From IMG/VR virus record IMGVR_UViG_3300048836_000452: 64,000 nucleotides of DNA; one strand, given 5' to 3'. The DNA comes from an uncultured virus (IMG/VR IMGVR_UViG_3300048836_000452). Lineage: Duplodnaviria; Heunggongvirae; Uroviricota; Caudoviricetes. The position numbers and the translations under genes were made by a program. Below, one piece after another: positions 63,586-64,000 of the stretch. Under the pieces are notes generated by a model. That model saw only the letters and a list, made by a program, of their open reading frames with translations, ran no database searches and was not told where the DNA came from. How positions within the stretch are numbered: the first letter of the stretch is position 1; each line of letters begins with the position of its first letter.

Positions 63586-63794
63586 TGGTGGCGATGCTCA
63601 ATCCAGCGGTCGAGGCTGAAGTCTGCCGCAGGATGCTCACGCAGGTGCAGCAACAGCTTCACCAAGTGGAGCGGCAGCTCACGCACACCCCGCTGGAAAT
63701 GACCGCCTACCACGCGGCCTTCGGCCGCGCGGCTGGCCTGCGCGCTGCCCTGACCGAAATGCAGGCCATCTACGACCAGAACTTCAACGTCTAA
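63585..63794 (+). CDS. Small protein downstream of portal
   Basis: TGATG coupling; Y...GR..GLR.AL pattern. Confidence 0.6.
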   Translation: MVAMLNPAVEAEVCRRMLTQVQQQLHQVERQLTHTPLEMTAYHAAFGRAAGLRAALTEMQAIYDQNFNV

Positions 63795-63805
63795 CCGGAG
63801 CACCC

Positions 63806-64000
63806 ATGTCCAACCTGATCCTACCCAAAGCGACCGCGAGAGCTGTCATGGCAGATCGCCAGCAGCAGGCCGTCGCTGACAGCATCCAGAGATCCTCGAT
63901 CAACCAGCTCACCTCCGACGACTTCGTGACGGTGAGGGAGGTTGAGCGGCAACTCCTCGAGCTGCGCGCCTACATCGAGGACCGTCGCCAGGTCGAGCCC
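63806..64000 (+). CDS. Hypothetical protein, truncated by window end
   Basis: GGAG RBS, ATG 63806, open to the end. Confidence 0.5.
   Translation, partial: MSNLILPKATARAVMADRQQQAVADSIQRSSINQLTSDDFVTVREVERQLLELRAYIEDRRQVEP

Noticed and set aside
1..64000. tRNA or rRNA genes
   Set aside because: No convincing cloverleaf with T-loop/D-loop consensus found by eye; a tRNAscan run would be needed to exclude them

Overview
GC-rich dsDNA tailed-phage sequence with podovirus-type architecture (tail-tube/adaptor, ejection proteins, no tape measure seen); host is probably an alphaproteobacterium (inference). Layout: tail fibre and lysis genes (1-9.5 kb, +); middle/accessory and replication genes (9.5-21.8 kb, -), including Acb2-like and Tad2-like anti-defence proteins, TerB, a minimal kinase, an SNF2-type helicase and an SSB-like protein; an early region of small transcription cassettes (21.8-36.5 kb, -); HNH, primase-polymerase and D5 helicase (36.7-39.7 kb, +); then small basic proteins, TerS, tail/ejection proteins, a 2747-aa virion polyprotein, a split TerL and the portal (40.6-64 kb, +). 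Main result: the 2747-aa protein carries a T7-like single-subunit RNA polymerase catalytic module bracketed by three (S/A)P(S/T)LRRAVD repeats. The early region carries 28 oriented copies of CGGGGTCCCC-N3-GG(A/G), most often ...CCCCATAGG, which resembles the T7 promoter start. Most copies sit between a terminator and an RBS. Together these suggest a virion-delivered T7-type RNAP with its own promoter array. Three promoter-terminator units lack a credible ORF and look like structured ncRNAs. Also seen: a parS-consensus site and a 95-bp origin-like element present twice in inverted orientation. All assignments come from manual motif reading; no searches were run.
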